The notes below the pieces were generated by a model, which had not been told where the DNA came from, made no database searches, and was given only the letters and a program-made list of their open reading frames with translations. The translations under genes and the position numbers were made by a program. A stretch of DNA of 64,000 nucleotides from Chiloscyllium plagiosum. Lineage: Eukaryota. How positions within the stretch are numbered: position 1 is the first letter of the stretch; each line of letters begins with the position of its first letter. The stretch lies in assembly GCF_004010195.1 (NCBI RefSeq), contig NC_057728.1:40796376-40860375 (forward strand), in the 5' to 3' direction. Positions 14,670-25,900 of the stretch are shown here, one piece after another.

Positions 14670-14925
14670 CTTTTCCCTGGGGTGGGGGAGTCTAGGACTA
14701 GACAGCATAGGTTTAGGGTGAGATAGGAAAAATTTAAAAAGGACCTAAGGGTATAATTACAGCATTTAAAAGACATCTACCTGGATTGGTATGTGAACAG
14801 GAAGGGTTTTGAGGAATATGGGCCGAGTGCTGGCAAATAGGACTAAATTAGCTTGGGGTATCTCGACGGCATGGACAAATTGGACCAAAGGGTCTGTTTC
14901 TGTTCTGTACATCTGCATGACTTTA
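14670..14925 (+). mobile_element. CR1 3' end fragment
   Basis: Homologous to the 3' UTR at 50170-50458 (...GGGTCTGTTTC...CTGTACATCT). Confidence 0.85.
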
Positions 14926-16029
14926 TAACAAGATCAAGTAAACTTTACCCCTTGTGGTGATTCTCAGCACCCACTTGACATTCATCCAAAAGAATACTGC
15001 CCAAAGTTAGGTACAACACTCCAGCTAAGGCCCCAATAATGATTTATAAGCTTTGCGCATAATTTTATCTTTGCACCAATCATGACTGGTTTAACAGCAT
15101 TGTCAACTCATCATGCTTCCTTTAAAGATGTGTTCCTGAAGGCTCTGGTCACCCTTTGATCATCTTAAAAATTATTTCATGTGGTTTATCTTGACTCCCT
15201 TTCCCTACAAAAATGCATCACTTAATACAGATCATCTCTCCCTTCCTGCTGGGTTGAAATTATATTTCTTCTTATTCAGCACTACTGTGGGAGAACCTTT
15301 ACCAACCATTGCAAAACGCTCACCACATTTCCAAGAGTTAAAATCCAAAAACTGTCATATCTCCAGGATAACATTGTTTTAAAAAAAAACCCTTAATCAT
15401 CTGATGCTATTTCGATACTTCAGTCAGTGTAAGTTCAGGTACTATTTGTGACCTCAGCACCAAAGTTAGGGACTCCAACTCATAACTGCAACCTCTCCTG
15501 AAGTCTGTGTACAACAGTTTACAAGATTTGACTAGATGCAAAACTATGCACAGTCAAATATTGAAGTAACACTTTAGTGCTAGTTTACACCGCAATAAAT
15601 TTTCTTTTTGGGCGAGAGAACGCAAAGTGACAAGTATCCATGCAGCCTGCAATAGGATTGGGGGAGGTTCAGGAGGAGAAAGAAGGCAAAACTGCTGGGA
15701 AATACAAAACACGTTGCTTTTAAACATGTAAAATCAATCATGGCTGTTTCGTCACAAGCTTTGTTATAATTAGATGATTGAATGTTATGGTACCGGTGAC
15801 TTTCAATTGGTTTGAGAGAGCTTCAAATACTCGATGCGGCTTTCAAAACCTTAAATTTGCCGCAGTTGGTGGAGCCTGTAAGAGCTCAGATCGACGACTG
15901 TGAGTAAACACTTATCCTCATCACCCTCTCGGAGACACGGATCACTGCAAATTGGCATTCAAAAACAGTCAGGCTCCAAACAGGGAACATGTGCACTGCC
16001 TACCAAGGCACTGGGGCTTATTCAAGCAA

Positions 16030-16760
16030 AGCGCGGGGCCGGCTCCCTCCGCTAACCTCTGAAGGCTTGGGACGAAGGGAAGGGACAGAGGAGAAGGAGG
16101 AGGCCTTCACATTGTGAATCCTTCCAGGGCACATGGAATGGGAGGCGGCGTTCATTGAGCCAGGAGCTCTCCCGGACTCCGCTGTGCCCGCGCAAACTTC
16201 AGAGAGATGGAGCCCGCCGGAGCTGCATCCCGAGACAGAGAGGAGGAGGGAGTTACCTGAAGTCCTTGTCGCTGGAAGTCATCTTCTCCAGCAGGTTGGA
16301 GATGTGGTAGGAGGCACTCGCCATCTTGAGGCCTTCACTCCCGCGCTACCGCTGCCGCCGCCCGTTGTGGTTCCACGGCTCCCAGCCCCCGGCTCCACCT
16401 CACTCTCTGCGCCGTATCTCACCCCGGGTGGAGGGGAGAGGGAGGGAGGAGACGGGCTGCACTCAGCCGGCTGTTCCCTTGGGTGTGAGGGAGGGGGGGG
16501 GGTGAGATTCTCTCTGTCCGAAGCGAGGCCTCCGCCGCCGTGTGTCTCCCTGGAGCTGAGGCCCCTCCCACTCACCCTCACCCAGCAGAGTTCACCGCGG
16601 CTGCGCAGTGCGCTCCAGCACATTGCTTCCCCTCCCACTTCCCGGCTCGTGAAGGTGGAGTTAACTTCAGGTGAGTTCACCCGCGGGCGGCCCAATGGCG
16701 CCGTCAGAATGTCACTACCCCTGCATCGGGAGATCCCAATTCAAGTCTCACCAATATCAC
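16030..16760 (-). promoter_or_regulatory. CpG island / CAND1 promoter and 5' UTR
   Basis: The only strongly GC/CpG-rich stretch in the window, spanning exon 1. GC box GGGCGG 16685-16690; CCAAT at 16692, 16736, 16751; YY1-like CAAGATGGCG over the start codon; ETS-like CCGGGAAGT near 16637-16645. TSS not determinable. Confidence 0.8.
16257..16324 (-). CDS. CAND1: CAND1 coding exon 1 (68 nt)
   Basis: ATG at 16324 reads MASASYHISNLLEKMTSSDKDF(R), the recognisable CAND1 N-terminus; ends AG|GTAACT donor, phase 2. Confidence 0.98.
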
Positions 16761-17460
16761 CACTTTGAGTTTCAAATTAATACCATTGTACATCAAGCAA
16801 CGTAGCAACCCTCTGTCCGTGAACTGGTGAGGGGATTGAACCTAGTATTCTGCATCTAGCCAACCGTTATTTATAAACGAACAGATGTAGAAAATAATCA
16901 AGGAAAGCTAAGGCAATGCTGTACACCCTGGACAGGGTAATAGGTCTGAACATATTAAGGAATTGGAAATTCTGGGAAGCATCGAGATAGATAAATCTCC
17001 AGATATATCTGAGGTTCCGAAAAGAAGCAAAGAATAAGATTGCCATGTTTCTGGTAATACAATCTTTGCGTCCTCACTCTCCACGGGAGTACGACTGATA
17101 AATGTAAATCCCTATGTCTGTGGTAATTTAAGGTACTGGAAATGATCCTGAGAGGTAGGATTTATGACTGTTTGGAAAAACATAGTTTGATTAAGGATGT
17201 AACTTTGCTCGCTGAGCAGGAAAGCTCATTTTCAGACCTTTCATCACCATACTAGGTAACATCGTCAGTGAGCGTCCAGTGAAGCACTAGTAATATGGCC
17301 CGCTTTTTATTTATGTGATTAGGTTTCCTTGGGTTTGGTGATGTCATTTCCTGTGGTGATGTCATTTCCTGTTCTTTTTTAATAAGGAATTGGTAAATGG
17401 GATCCAAGTCAATGTGTTTGTTGATGGAGTTCCAGTTGGAGTGCCATGCTTCTAGGAATT

Positions 17461-18000
17461 AACATCTCTGGGACACCCGTACCCACCAACCCTTCCACCC
17501 GGTGGAAATTGAAGTGGCTGAACACTTCAACGCTCCCTCCCACTCCGTCAAGAACATGCAGGTCCTGGGCCTCCTCCACCGCCAAACTGTTACCACCCAA
17601 TGCCTGGAGGAAGAATGCCCCATATTCCACCTTGGGACTCTGCAACCACACGGGGTAAATGTGGATTTCAATAGCTTCCTCATTTCCCCTCCCCCCACAT
17701 TATCTCAGTCCCAAGCCTCCAACTCGGCACCGCCTTCGGGCCTGTCCATCACTCCCCTCGCCCCCCCCAACCTATCGTCTACTCCTTCACCTTCAACCAC
17801 CTATCACTTTCCCAAGTACCTTCCCCCCAACCCCAGCACCCTCCCATTTATCTCTCAACCACGACCCACAAGCGTCATTCCTGATGAAGGGCTTGTGCCT
17901 GAAACGCGATTCTTCTGCTCCTTGGATGCTGCCTGACGTGCTCTGCTTTTCCAGCAACACACTCTCGACTCTAATCTCCAGCATCTGCAGTCCTCACTTT
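17461..18000 (+). mobile_element. Penelope-like element (family B) 3' fragment with 12-bp TSD
   Basis: VAEHFNAPSHSVKNMQVLGL...EE..IFHLGTLQPHGVNVDF (GIY-YIG C-terminus); TSD CTTCTAGGAATT at 17449-17460 and 18001-18012. Confidence 0.85.
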
Positions 18001-18152
18001 CTTCTAGGAATTCTCACACCTGTCTCTGTTGGCTTGTCCCAGGATGGATGTGTTGTCCCAGTCAAAGTGGTGTCCTTCCTTATCTGTATTTAAAGATAGT
18101 AGTGAGAGTGGGTCATGTCATTTTGTGGCTAGTTATGTTCATGTATTCAGGT

Positions 18153-18354
18153 AGAAAGTGAGGATTGCAGATGCTGGAGATCAGAGCTGCAAATGTGTTG
18201 CTGGAAAAGCACAGCAGGTCAGGCAGCATCCAAGGAGCGGAAGAATCGACGTTTCGGGCATGACCTGAAGAAGGGCTCATGCCCAAAACGTCGATTCTCC
18301 TGCTCCTTGGATGCTGCCTGACCTGCTGCGCTTTTCCAGCAACACATTTTCAGC
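18153..18354. mobile_element. Penelope-like family B fold-back element with 14-bp TSD
   Basis: Near-perfect inverted arms; TSD TCATGTATTCAGGT at 18139-18152 and 18355-18368. Confidence 0.85.
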
Positions 18355-18769
18355 TCATGTATTCAGGTGGCTAGTTTTCTGCCTGTTTGTCCAATGTTGT
18401 TTGTTACAGTTCTTGCAAGGTATTTTGTAAATGACATTAGTTTGTTTTTAGTCTGTATAGTGTCTTTCAAGTTCATTAGCTGTTGGTTTAGTGTGTTGGT
18501 GGGTTTGTGGGCTACCATGATGCCAAGAGGTCTGAGTAGTCTGGCAATCATTTCCGAGCTGTCTTTGATGTAGGGGAGAGTGGCTAGGGTTTCTGGACAT
18601 GTCCTGTCAGTTTGGGTTTGTTGCTGAAAAATTGGCAGACAGTGTTCATTGGGTACCCATTCTTTTTGAATACACTATATAAGTGATTTTCCTCTGCCCT
18701 TCATAGTTTCTCTGTGCTGCAGTGTGTGGTGGCTCGTTGAAATACTGTTCTAACAAATGGAACTGCATT

Positions 18770-19807
18770 AAATCAGGGAGTGAAACGGCTGCAAGAATGC
18801 CAATACTGGTTATGTGCCTCCTCTTAATGAGGAGAGAGATTTTAATTTGGGAATGAAGTTTGGTGCTGGAATATGGAAATATCCCTACGTTGGGTACAAG
18901 GCAAGGTTGACAAGAATTCAGGTTCCATGACTTACAAAGTGCGGGTAGGTGAAGTGGTCCTGAACAAATATGTGTATCACCTGAAAGCTGTTACCTCGCA
19001 AATAGGAGCAAAACATCCCTGAGCCCTCAGAACATGCAGAAGGCCTGTAGGAAACTGTAGGTTTTCCCCCTCCATCTAGTGTCAAGGGAACCTCAGAGTC
19101 TGAGACATATGCAGCCTCGATACCATTACTGCCAGATGCAGAGGAGGTGACTCTCCCAAGATGCTCTGGCCACAAGAAGCAGGCTACAGTCTGGTACATT
19201 GCCACCCGTGTCAGAGTCTGAGTCAGAGGAGCCGCACCTTGGGTGAAAACATCACAGGAAAAGCTACAGGAGAACAACCAGGCCGATATCCCCGGTCTTG
19301 TGAGGAAGGGATATAGTCATTGGAACCAAGTGGATCTCATTGACTACAAGGTACTTGATTGGGGTTGTCAACCTGAGCCAATCAGGAAAACCCTGCTGAC
19401 CAATGTAATCAGGGGATCCTCCCCTTCACTTTTTTTCACCACGTAGCATTGCTTTTTGACGAGAAGGGTGCACTGCTTGTCACTGGCCACTCTGATGTTT
19501 CCTTTGTTCCTGGTGGTGGAAATTGATTAAAGATGTGTAAACCTGTTGTCTTTCACTGTGTCTCACACCTATACACACGCAACATGGGTGCTGGGGAAAA
19601 TATGAGAACTACCGTGGTTAGGCGGCAGTGTGGGGGTGTTTAAAAAAAATAAAATTTGAAAAAAGGGAGAAGAAAAATGTAATCAGGTTTAGAATGTCCT
19701 CAGTTCAGGACACTGACACCAAGCTGACTGGCCATACCCAGTGTTCTGTGCACAAGTCGATAAAGGGTGACTTGGTGACGGATACCAGCCTCTGTGCAGT
19801 TATTTCA
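18770..19807 (+). mobile_element. Gypsy LTR retrotransposon 3' remnant (integrase C-terminus, PPT, 3' LTR 19312-19807)
   Basis: WVQGKVDKNSGSMTYKVRVGEVVLNKYVYHLK integrase tail; PPT GAGGAAGGGA then LTR ending AAAGGGTGACTTGGTGACGG...TTATTTCA, homologous to the LTR at 20849-21048. Confidence 0.75.
19414..19675 (+). mobile_element. 5'-truncated poly(A)-type retroposon (L1/Tx1-like 3' UTR or SINE) inserted in the Gypsy LTR
   Basis: 12-bp TSD AATGTAATCAGG (19402-19413, 19676-19687), A-rich tail, homologous to 58466-58853 on the minus strand. Confidence 0.85.
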
Positions 19808-20689
19808 ATTTGCAAAGGATAGTCATGTCCCCACTTGTGTAATTTCTTGTTTTAATTTTAAATTTCAACATGTTTATTTTGAGGGACACTTCTGGAATTT
19901 TTTTTTGTGCTTATTCCCACCTTAATATTTTTTCTATGTACCTCAGTTAGTATTACAAGTGGTATTACTTTTTTGCATGAAAATATATTTACTTTTTTCA
20001 GAAGAAATAGTTCACAGCACTTCTATTCTAACCTTATTTGAACTTTGCTTTATGTATGTTTTAATTTGGCAATTTTAAGATGATGGAAATAAAAACAGGA
20101 GAGCTGCGGAGACTTCAAAGTTGCTGTAACTTGTTTTACACTACTGCAGAGTTACGCAAGTTACAAAAAGTTGTGCAAAGCTGGGAATCCTACTGCAAGT
20201 AACTCACCTCCTGACAGCCCAAAGACTGTCCTCCATCCACTTTGTTGCAGATCAAGAGGTGCTGCCAGTACAATCTCTGCACCTTTTTTTTTAATTTATG
20301 CTTTCACAACATGTGAGTGTTGCTGGCTGGAACAGCATTTATTACCTGTCCCAAATTGCACTTGATGAAATGCCTTGTTGAACTGCTGTAATCTATGCAG
20401 TGTTGATAGACTATGTTATTAGGAAGGGAGTTCCAGCATTTTGACCAAATGACACTGGAGGAATGGTAATGTATTTCCAAATCGAGATGATGAGTGGTTT
20501 GGAGAGGAACTTGCAAGTGATGGGTGGTGTTCCAACCAACTTTCTGCCCATGTCCTTCTAGCTGTTTGATATTTCAGGTTTAGAATGCTGTATTATCCCT
20601 AATTTTAAATAGCAGCTCTTCAAAACCTCTTCAAAAATGGAGCAGAGTGTATCCACATCTGCTTTTTATCTGTCCTGATGTCCTGATTA

Positions 20690-21048
20690 CCCGGAAAGGG
20701 TAACACATGCTTTTCACAAACTGGGCCCACTCTTCGACGGCAGGATCAAATGAGTCAAGCAAATTGGTGGAAATGCTTACTCCAATTCGAAGACGACCGT
20801 TGTCAGCAAATTTCTTCTGGAGCGTATTTTTTTTTCTCTTGTCTCCACTGAAATATCTTCTTAGAGGCTGGGATCCCGTCACCAAGTCACCCTTTACTTC
20901 CATGTATATAGTACTTGACTATATACATGGCTTCCTCAGAGCTAGCTATCAGAGTCAATGAAACCTCTGATAATCCTGTTTACATCTGTTAGCCAGGAAA
21001 CTCGTATTCTATGACATCCACCTGACTGACTTCATTATAGTTACTACA
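20690..21048 (-). mobile_element. Gypsy 5' remnant (LTR 21048-20849, PBS, start of gag)
   Basis: TGTAGT...TATTTCA LTR, PBS-like TGGAGACAAG, gag-like LDSFDPAVEEWAQFVKSMCY. Confidence 0.75.
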
Positions 21049-23054
21049 GTGTCCAATCACAGTTGCAACATTGACAGAATTATGAATTGTAGTATTACTT
21101 AATGTCCCAAGTGAAAGTGTTTTATGGAAGAGTTGTAATAGGTTTCAAACCAGAAACATCAATGCAAAAGTTTAAACATACCATGTGATATGTCCATCAC
21201 AAAACTAGCATCAAGATCTATTCCACACTAGCAATACTAAAAATCAGACCAAATATATTACTCCTAAATGAATGGGCTTCCATCAGCATTACAACGGAAA
21301 CATTTTTTAAAACTATTTGCGAGGTTTCAGGTTGATTAGCATGACAAGTTTATAATAGCTTCGCTATGTAATGGGAGATATAGCTATCTTGATTAAACCT
21401 AACATTGCTTCAAAGGTAGATGGATTTTCTGAATTTGACTAGACTAGAATTGTGGATGCCCCTAACCACAAGTACCCCAGCAGTTTAAGAAGGCAGCTTA
21501 CTACCAGCTTCTTAAGGACAATTAGAATGGGTAATAAATGCTGATCCAGCCAATGATGGCCACATTCCATGAATGAATAAACAAAAGTTGAATTGATTTA
21601 ATAGTTCTCACAATAAGCACAAATATCACTGCTGACCAATGAAGCAGACCCACCAATGAGGTCATTCTATCATTGGTTATTTTCTGTAGATGTAAACATT
21701 ACATCAGGAAATTGGGCAATAGTTATGCAACTGCAAAGTTTGCTTTCTTTGTCCTACTTTGGATTTCAGATGATAGATTGTATTTTTGTCCCTTATCCAG
21801 GTTGCTGTAGTGACTCTGTTTCACAAAGCAGCTGGTCGGCTACAAGTAGAGGAACAGATTTCATAAGTATTCAGTTTCATGGGTAAGAGTTGTATTGTGA
21901 TTAGGAACTTAAGAAAAAGAAGCAAGAGTAGGCCATCCTGGACCTCATGTCTGCCCCACCATTCAAAAAGATCATGGTTAATCTGCCTCAGGCCTCAGCT
22001 GCAATGTCATGCCAGCTTATTATAGCCCTCAACTCCCAAAATTTCAAAAATCTTATCTACCTCTTCTTTAAATGGATTCAGAGATTTAGCCTCCACAACT
22101 CATTGGAACAGAGAACTGCAGATATTTGCTGCTCTTTGGGAGAAGCAATCCTTTCAGCTCTCAGTTTAAGTGAGTATTCCCTTATTAATAACCAATTCTA
22201 TTTCAAGATTTCATCATTAGCAGAAAGATGTATCATGTCAAGCCTCCTCAAAATACCACATGTTTGAATAAGTATTCGAATCTTGATTTTATATTTCAGA
22301 CAGACGTTCAGTTAATTGTGCATTACTGCGGTGGCAATTTAAACAATTACAGGAGCAACATTTTGAAATGTACAGTCCACTCACAAAAGCAATAAATATT
22401 TCCTACTGCTAAAGTCACCAAACAGTATTTTATGAAAATAGAAACTTGCTTCACATTATTGGAATTAACATTGACGTCCAAATATTGATGTTGGTGAACC
22501 GTGTAATTAGTTGTCGCTTGTCATATTGCTTGACTTAGTTTTATTTTCAGCAACAAATTTTCAGCAGCTTTAACAAAATGGGCATTTCACGATGTTTCAC
22601 ACGAGCATTATAAAACAAAATATGGCACTCAATCAAACAGGAGAGTGTCAAAAGGAAGAAAGTGAGGTAGACAGATGCAGGAGTAAAAACAGAACTCTGG
22701 TGCTTAGAGCCTAGGGAATTGAAAACACAGTACGGTTAAAATCAGTATGGGGAGAAATAGGTGAGATCACGTTCTACGAAGAATTGTGAGGCTGGAGGAG
22801 ATTATGGAGCTAGTAAGAGGAATTTGAAAACAAAGATGAGAACTTTAAATCAGGACATTGCTTAATTGAAGTCCAGGAGTAATAGGTGAAATGAACTTGC
22901 TGTAAGTTAAGTATTGAGCTGCAAAGGATTTATATTATCAGAAATATAGGGGGTAGAACGGGAAATGTTGAAATAATCAAATTTTTAAAAAATCATGAAT
23001 CAGTGTTTCTGAAACAGAAGAGTGAAAATAGTTATGATGATCAGAGTGTGGAGT

Positions 23055-23566
23055 TAGCAAGTTTTGAGAAGATTTGTAGCTCAGGTTGAGGTTCTAGATG
23101 TAGGTTTGCTTGCTGAGCTGGGAGGTTCACTTTCAGACGTTTCGTCACCATACTAGGTAACATCTTCAGGTGAGCCTCCGAATGAAGCACTACTGATGAT
23201 TCCTGCTTTCTGTTTATATATTTGGGTTTCTTTAGGTTGGTGATGTCATTTCCTATGGTGATGTAAATTCCTGTTTTTTTTCAGGGAGTGAAATGTGTTT
23301 GTTGGTAGAGTTCCAGCTAGAATCCAACTGGAACTCTATCAATAAAGACATTGAGTTAGACCCCATTTATCAGTTCCTGAGAAGAAAACACAGGAAGTGA
23401 CATCGACATAGGAAATGACATCACCAACCCAAAGAAATCCAAACATATAAATAGAAAGCAGGAATCATCAGCAGTGTTTTGTCCAGAGGCTCACTGATGA
23501 TGTTACCTAGTATGGTGATGAAATGTCTGAAAATGAACCTTCCAGCTCAGCGAGCAAAACTACATC
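23055..23566. mobile_element. Penelope-like family A fold-back element
   Basis: Inverted arms of over 200 bp; TSD CAGAGT(G/A)TGGAGT at 23042-23054 and 23567-23579; hammerhead cores in both arms. Confidence 0.85.
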
Positions 23567-25659
23567 CAGAGTATGGAGTATGTACCAGTCAGGGGTAAGG
23601 GTGTTGCTTAGGAGTCAGTGTTTTAGTCTGGGTGGGTTGGATCAGAGGCAGAATTATCAGTCAGAATAGTTGAGTTCTGAAAAAGGGGCACTGAACCCAA
23701 AATGTTAACACTGATTTTTTTTACCACAGATGCTGCCAGACTTGCTGAAGTTTTCCAGCTAAATAAATATAGGTTGAAGAGAAAATGGAATCTTGTCCTG
23801 TGTGTTCATAATTAGCTCCTGTTGTCTCAGGGAGGCAACAAGCTCAACAATCTTTCTGGAAAAAGATTAAAGTAGACACAAGAGGCTAACAATAAAATGG
23901 TAAAATACTGTTCATGGTAATGATAATAACATCACATCATTTTAGCAACTAATAACACAGTCTGCATGGTGCCATTTTTATTTTGAAACATGAACTTCTC
24001 AATATTCTTTGCAGCAATTTGCTTCATTGTAAACTAAATGGACAATTCCCAATCAGAATATTGGTTTGAAATTTTACTAATTCTATTACAACCTATGAGT
24101 TAGATTGTAATACTTGCATCAGTATTGCAGAGATGTAGGAAGTCTCCATTGATAAGCTGTTGGGAAAGTACTAACTTTGGGTTCAGATAGTTGTCAAATA
24201 TTATTTGCATGAATTGTTAGCATTTTAGAATTGGGTAATTTGATGCTTTTTTTTGGAACGAAACTAACTGTGCCAGTTAAAGAGAACTATAGCTCAACAA
24301 ATGCGCACTTGTTCAGTATTATGCGTAAAAAAATCTACTAATTGTTTGAAAGATTTATTAAATAATAAATTAGTAAAACAGTAGAAAACTAATTTAAAAA
24401 CAACACTTCATTTCATCTGCTATTTAGAGTTTGTAGCACAGAGTAACATTTGATAGTAATTATACAGTATTTTGGACAATTAATCTGATCTAATCGTGCT
24501 TTATGTTATGTTATATACATTTGTAATACATGTGACAATTTGGTCCAGATTTTGAGGTCACTTGCAAGACACTGGAACTCATTACTGGCCTTGCAGGAAT
24601 CTGCTCACACAGAGTTCATGATCTCTGTCACACAGACTTCCCAATAGAAGTTTAAATCTGACACCAATCAAAAGGATCTCCACAAATGTGAGCAGTAGTG
24701 ATGACGACAAGCTAAGCAACCAATCACATTCTTGCAGACAGAAAACCAAGAACTTTAGTACTTTAGCATTTAAGTTCCTTTTATATTTTTTCACAAGTTA
24801 TTCGATTTACTTTTGGGAGAAATCTTCATGACCTTCCTTAAACTTTTTCAATGTTTCTGTGGTGTGGTAATCAGAATTGAAACAAGAATGGTCTTGTAAA
24901 TGCATAACCTCAAGAGGTACATATTTTATTGTTATATCACCATTGTTTCATTGTTTTGTCACATTTTCCAGATCCTGATGATAATTAGCCAATAATCATT
25001 TCCAGATCTTTTATTAAGTCTGCTGATTCCATTCATTACATTTATTTATGATGCATTTTCAATATGCAGAAGGTTGATCTGATTCCAAGAATCTGTCTAG
25101 CTGTCTCTGAGCAAGGTACTTGGAAATGAATTAAAGTGAATTAAAGATGACTCACTTACTGATTTTAATCCCCTCCTGCAGCAAAGTTCCTGGAATCTCA
25201 TTAGCCTTTCTCTGAGATAGCAAGATAAAAACTCAGAGTGTAGAATGTTGAGAAATCAAGCTCATGAATTCCTAACTATTTTGTGTCTCACAAGAATAGA
25301 TGTATGAAAAATGGAAATGTCTATTTCAACTCAATGATCACAGACTTGAAGGCAGTGCTGCCATTTTTTGACTTCATTGCCTTAGGAAACACTAGTATGA
25401 AGAACCTTGCCTCATGGCCACACCAGAAGTATTCAAAGGAATCATCATAAAGCTGGAGTGGACTTGCTAGTTAATTTCTATTGGCCATATTGACTTTGTG
25501 GACGTGCTGAATATATTGAGGAGCTGATGAAGTCTGTAACAGAGTGATCCTGAGACGGAAGAGACATCACTTGTGACTGCAAGGTTTCTCCCAGTCATTA
25601 GATCATTAGCAGCAGTTCCTCCTGACTACAGCATTTGAGAAAAATGAAGCACAGATAGA

Positions 25660-25900
25660 GAATTCTCACAGGAAGAAGAGGAGGAGGGAAGAATGGCCCT
25701 CAATAAGACTCCATATCCAGCTTGGATCTTTCAGGAGTACTTCACTTATCTCTGTGTAAACCAGTTGCTATGACTGCATTTAATGAAGAAGGTATTTGTA
25801 AAACATTGCCAACTCTTGCAGTCAGACAGAGCAAAGTGAGGATGCTGTGGTTCATGGCTATGATGGTGATAATGGGTTTAAATTCCTTTGCATGGACACC
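25660..25900 (+). mobile_element. PIF/Harbinger transposase (HARBI1-like) N-terminal remnant
   Basis: Frameshifted RRRRGRMALNKTPYPAWIFQEYFTYL..LHLMKKVFVKHCQLLQSD..AMMVIMGLNSFA resembles the HARBI1-type HTH region (YL...RF.K....ICQLL..DL...KV..ALNFYA). Confidence 0.5.

Larger units (their letters stand above)
17196..18752 (-). mobile_element. Penelope-like element (family A), GIY-YIG end plus pseudo-LTR, host to two nested insertions
   Basis: ARLLRPLGIMVAHKPTNTL...NIGQTGRKLAT is GIY-YIG-like; terminal 17196-17400 homologous to the 23.1-23.56 kb fold-back. Confidence 0.85.

Noticed and set aside
16133..16768. 211-aa plus-strand ORF over the CpG island
   Set aside because: Antisense to CAND1 exon 1 in GC-rich, stop-poor DNA; low-complexity peptide with no recognisable domain.
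18770..21048. One intact LTR retrotransposon formed by the two LTRs
   Set aside because: The LTRs are in opposite orientation and quite diverged, with no internal pol between them.
23900..24560. Possible conserved non-coding enhancer in a repeat-free AT-rich stretch
   Set aside because: Cannot be supported without cross-species alignment.
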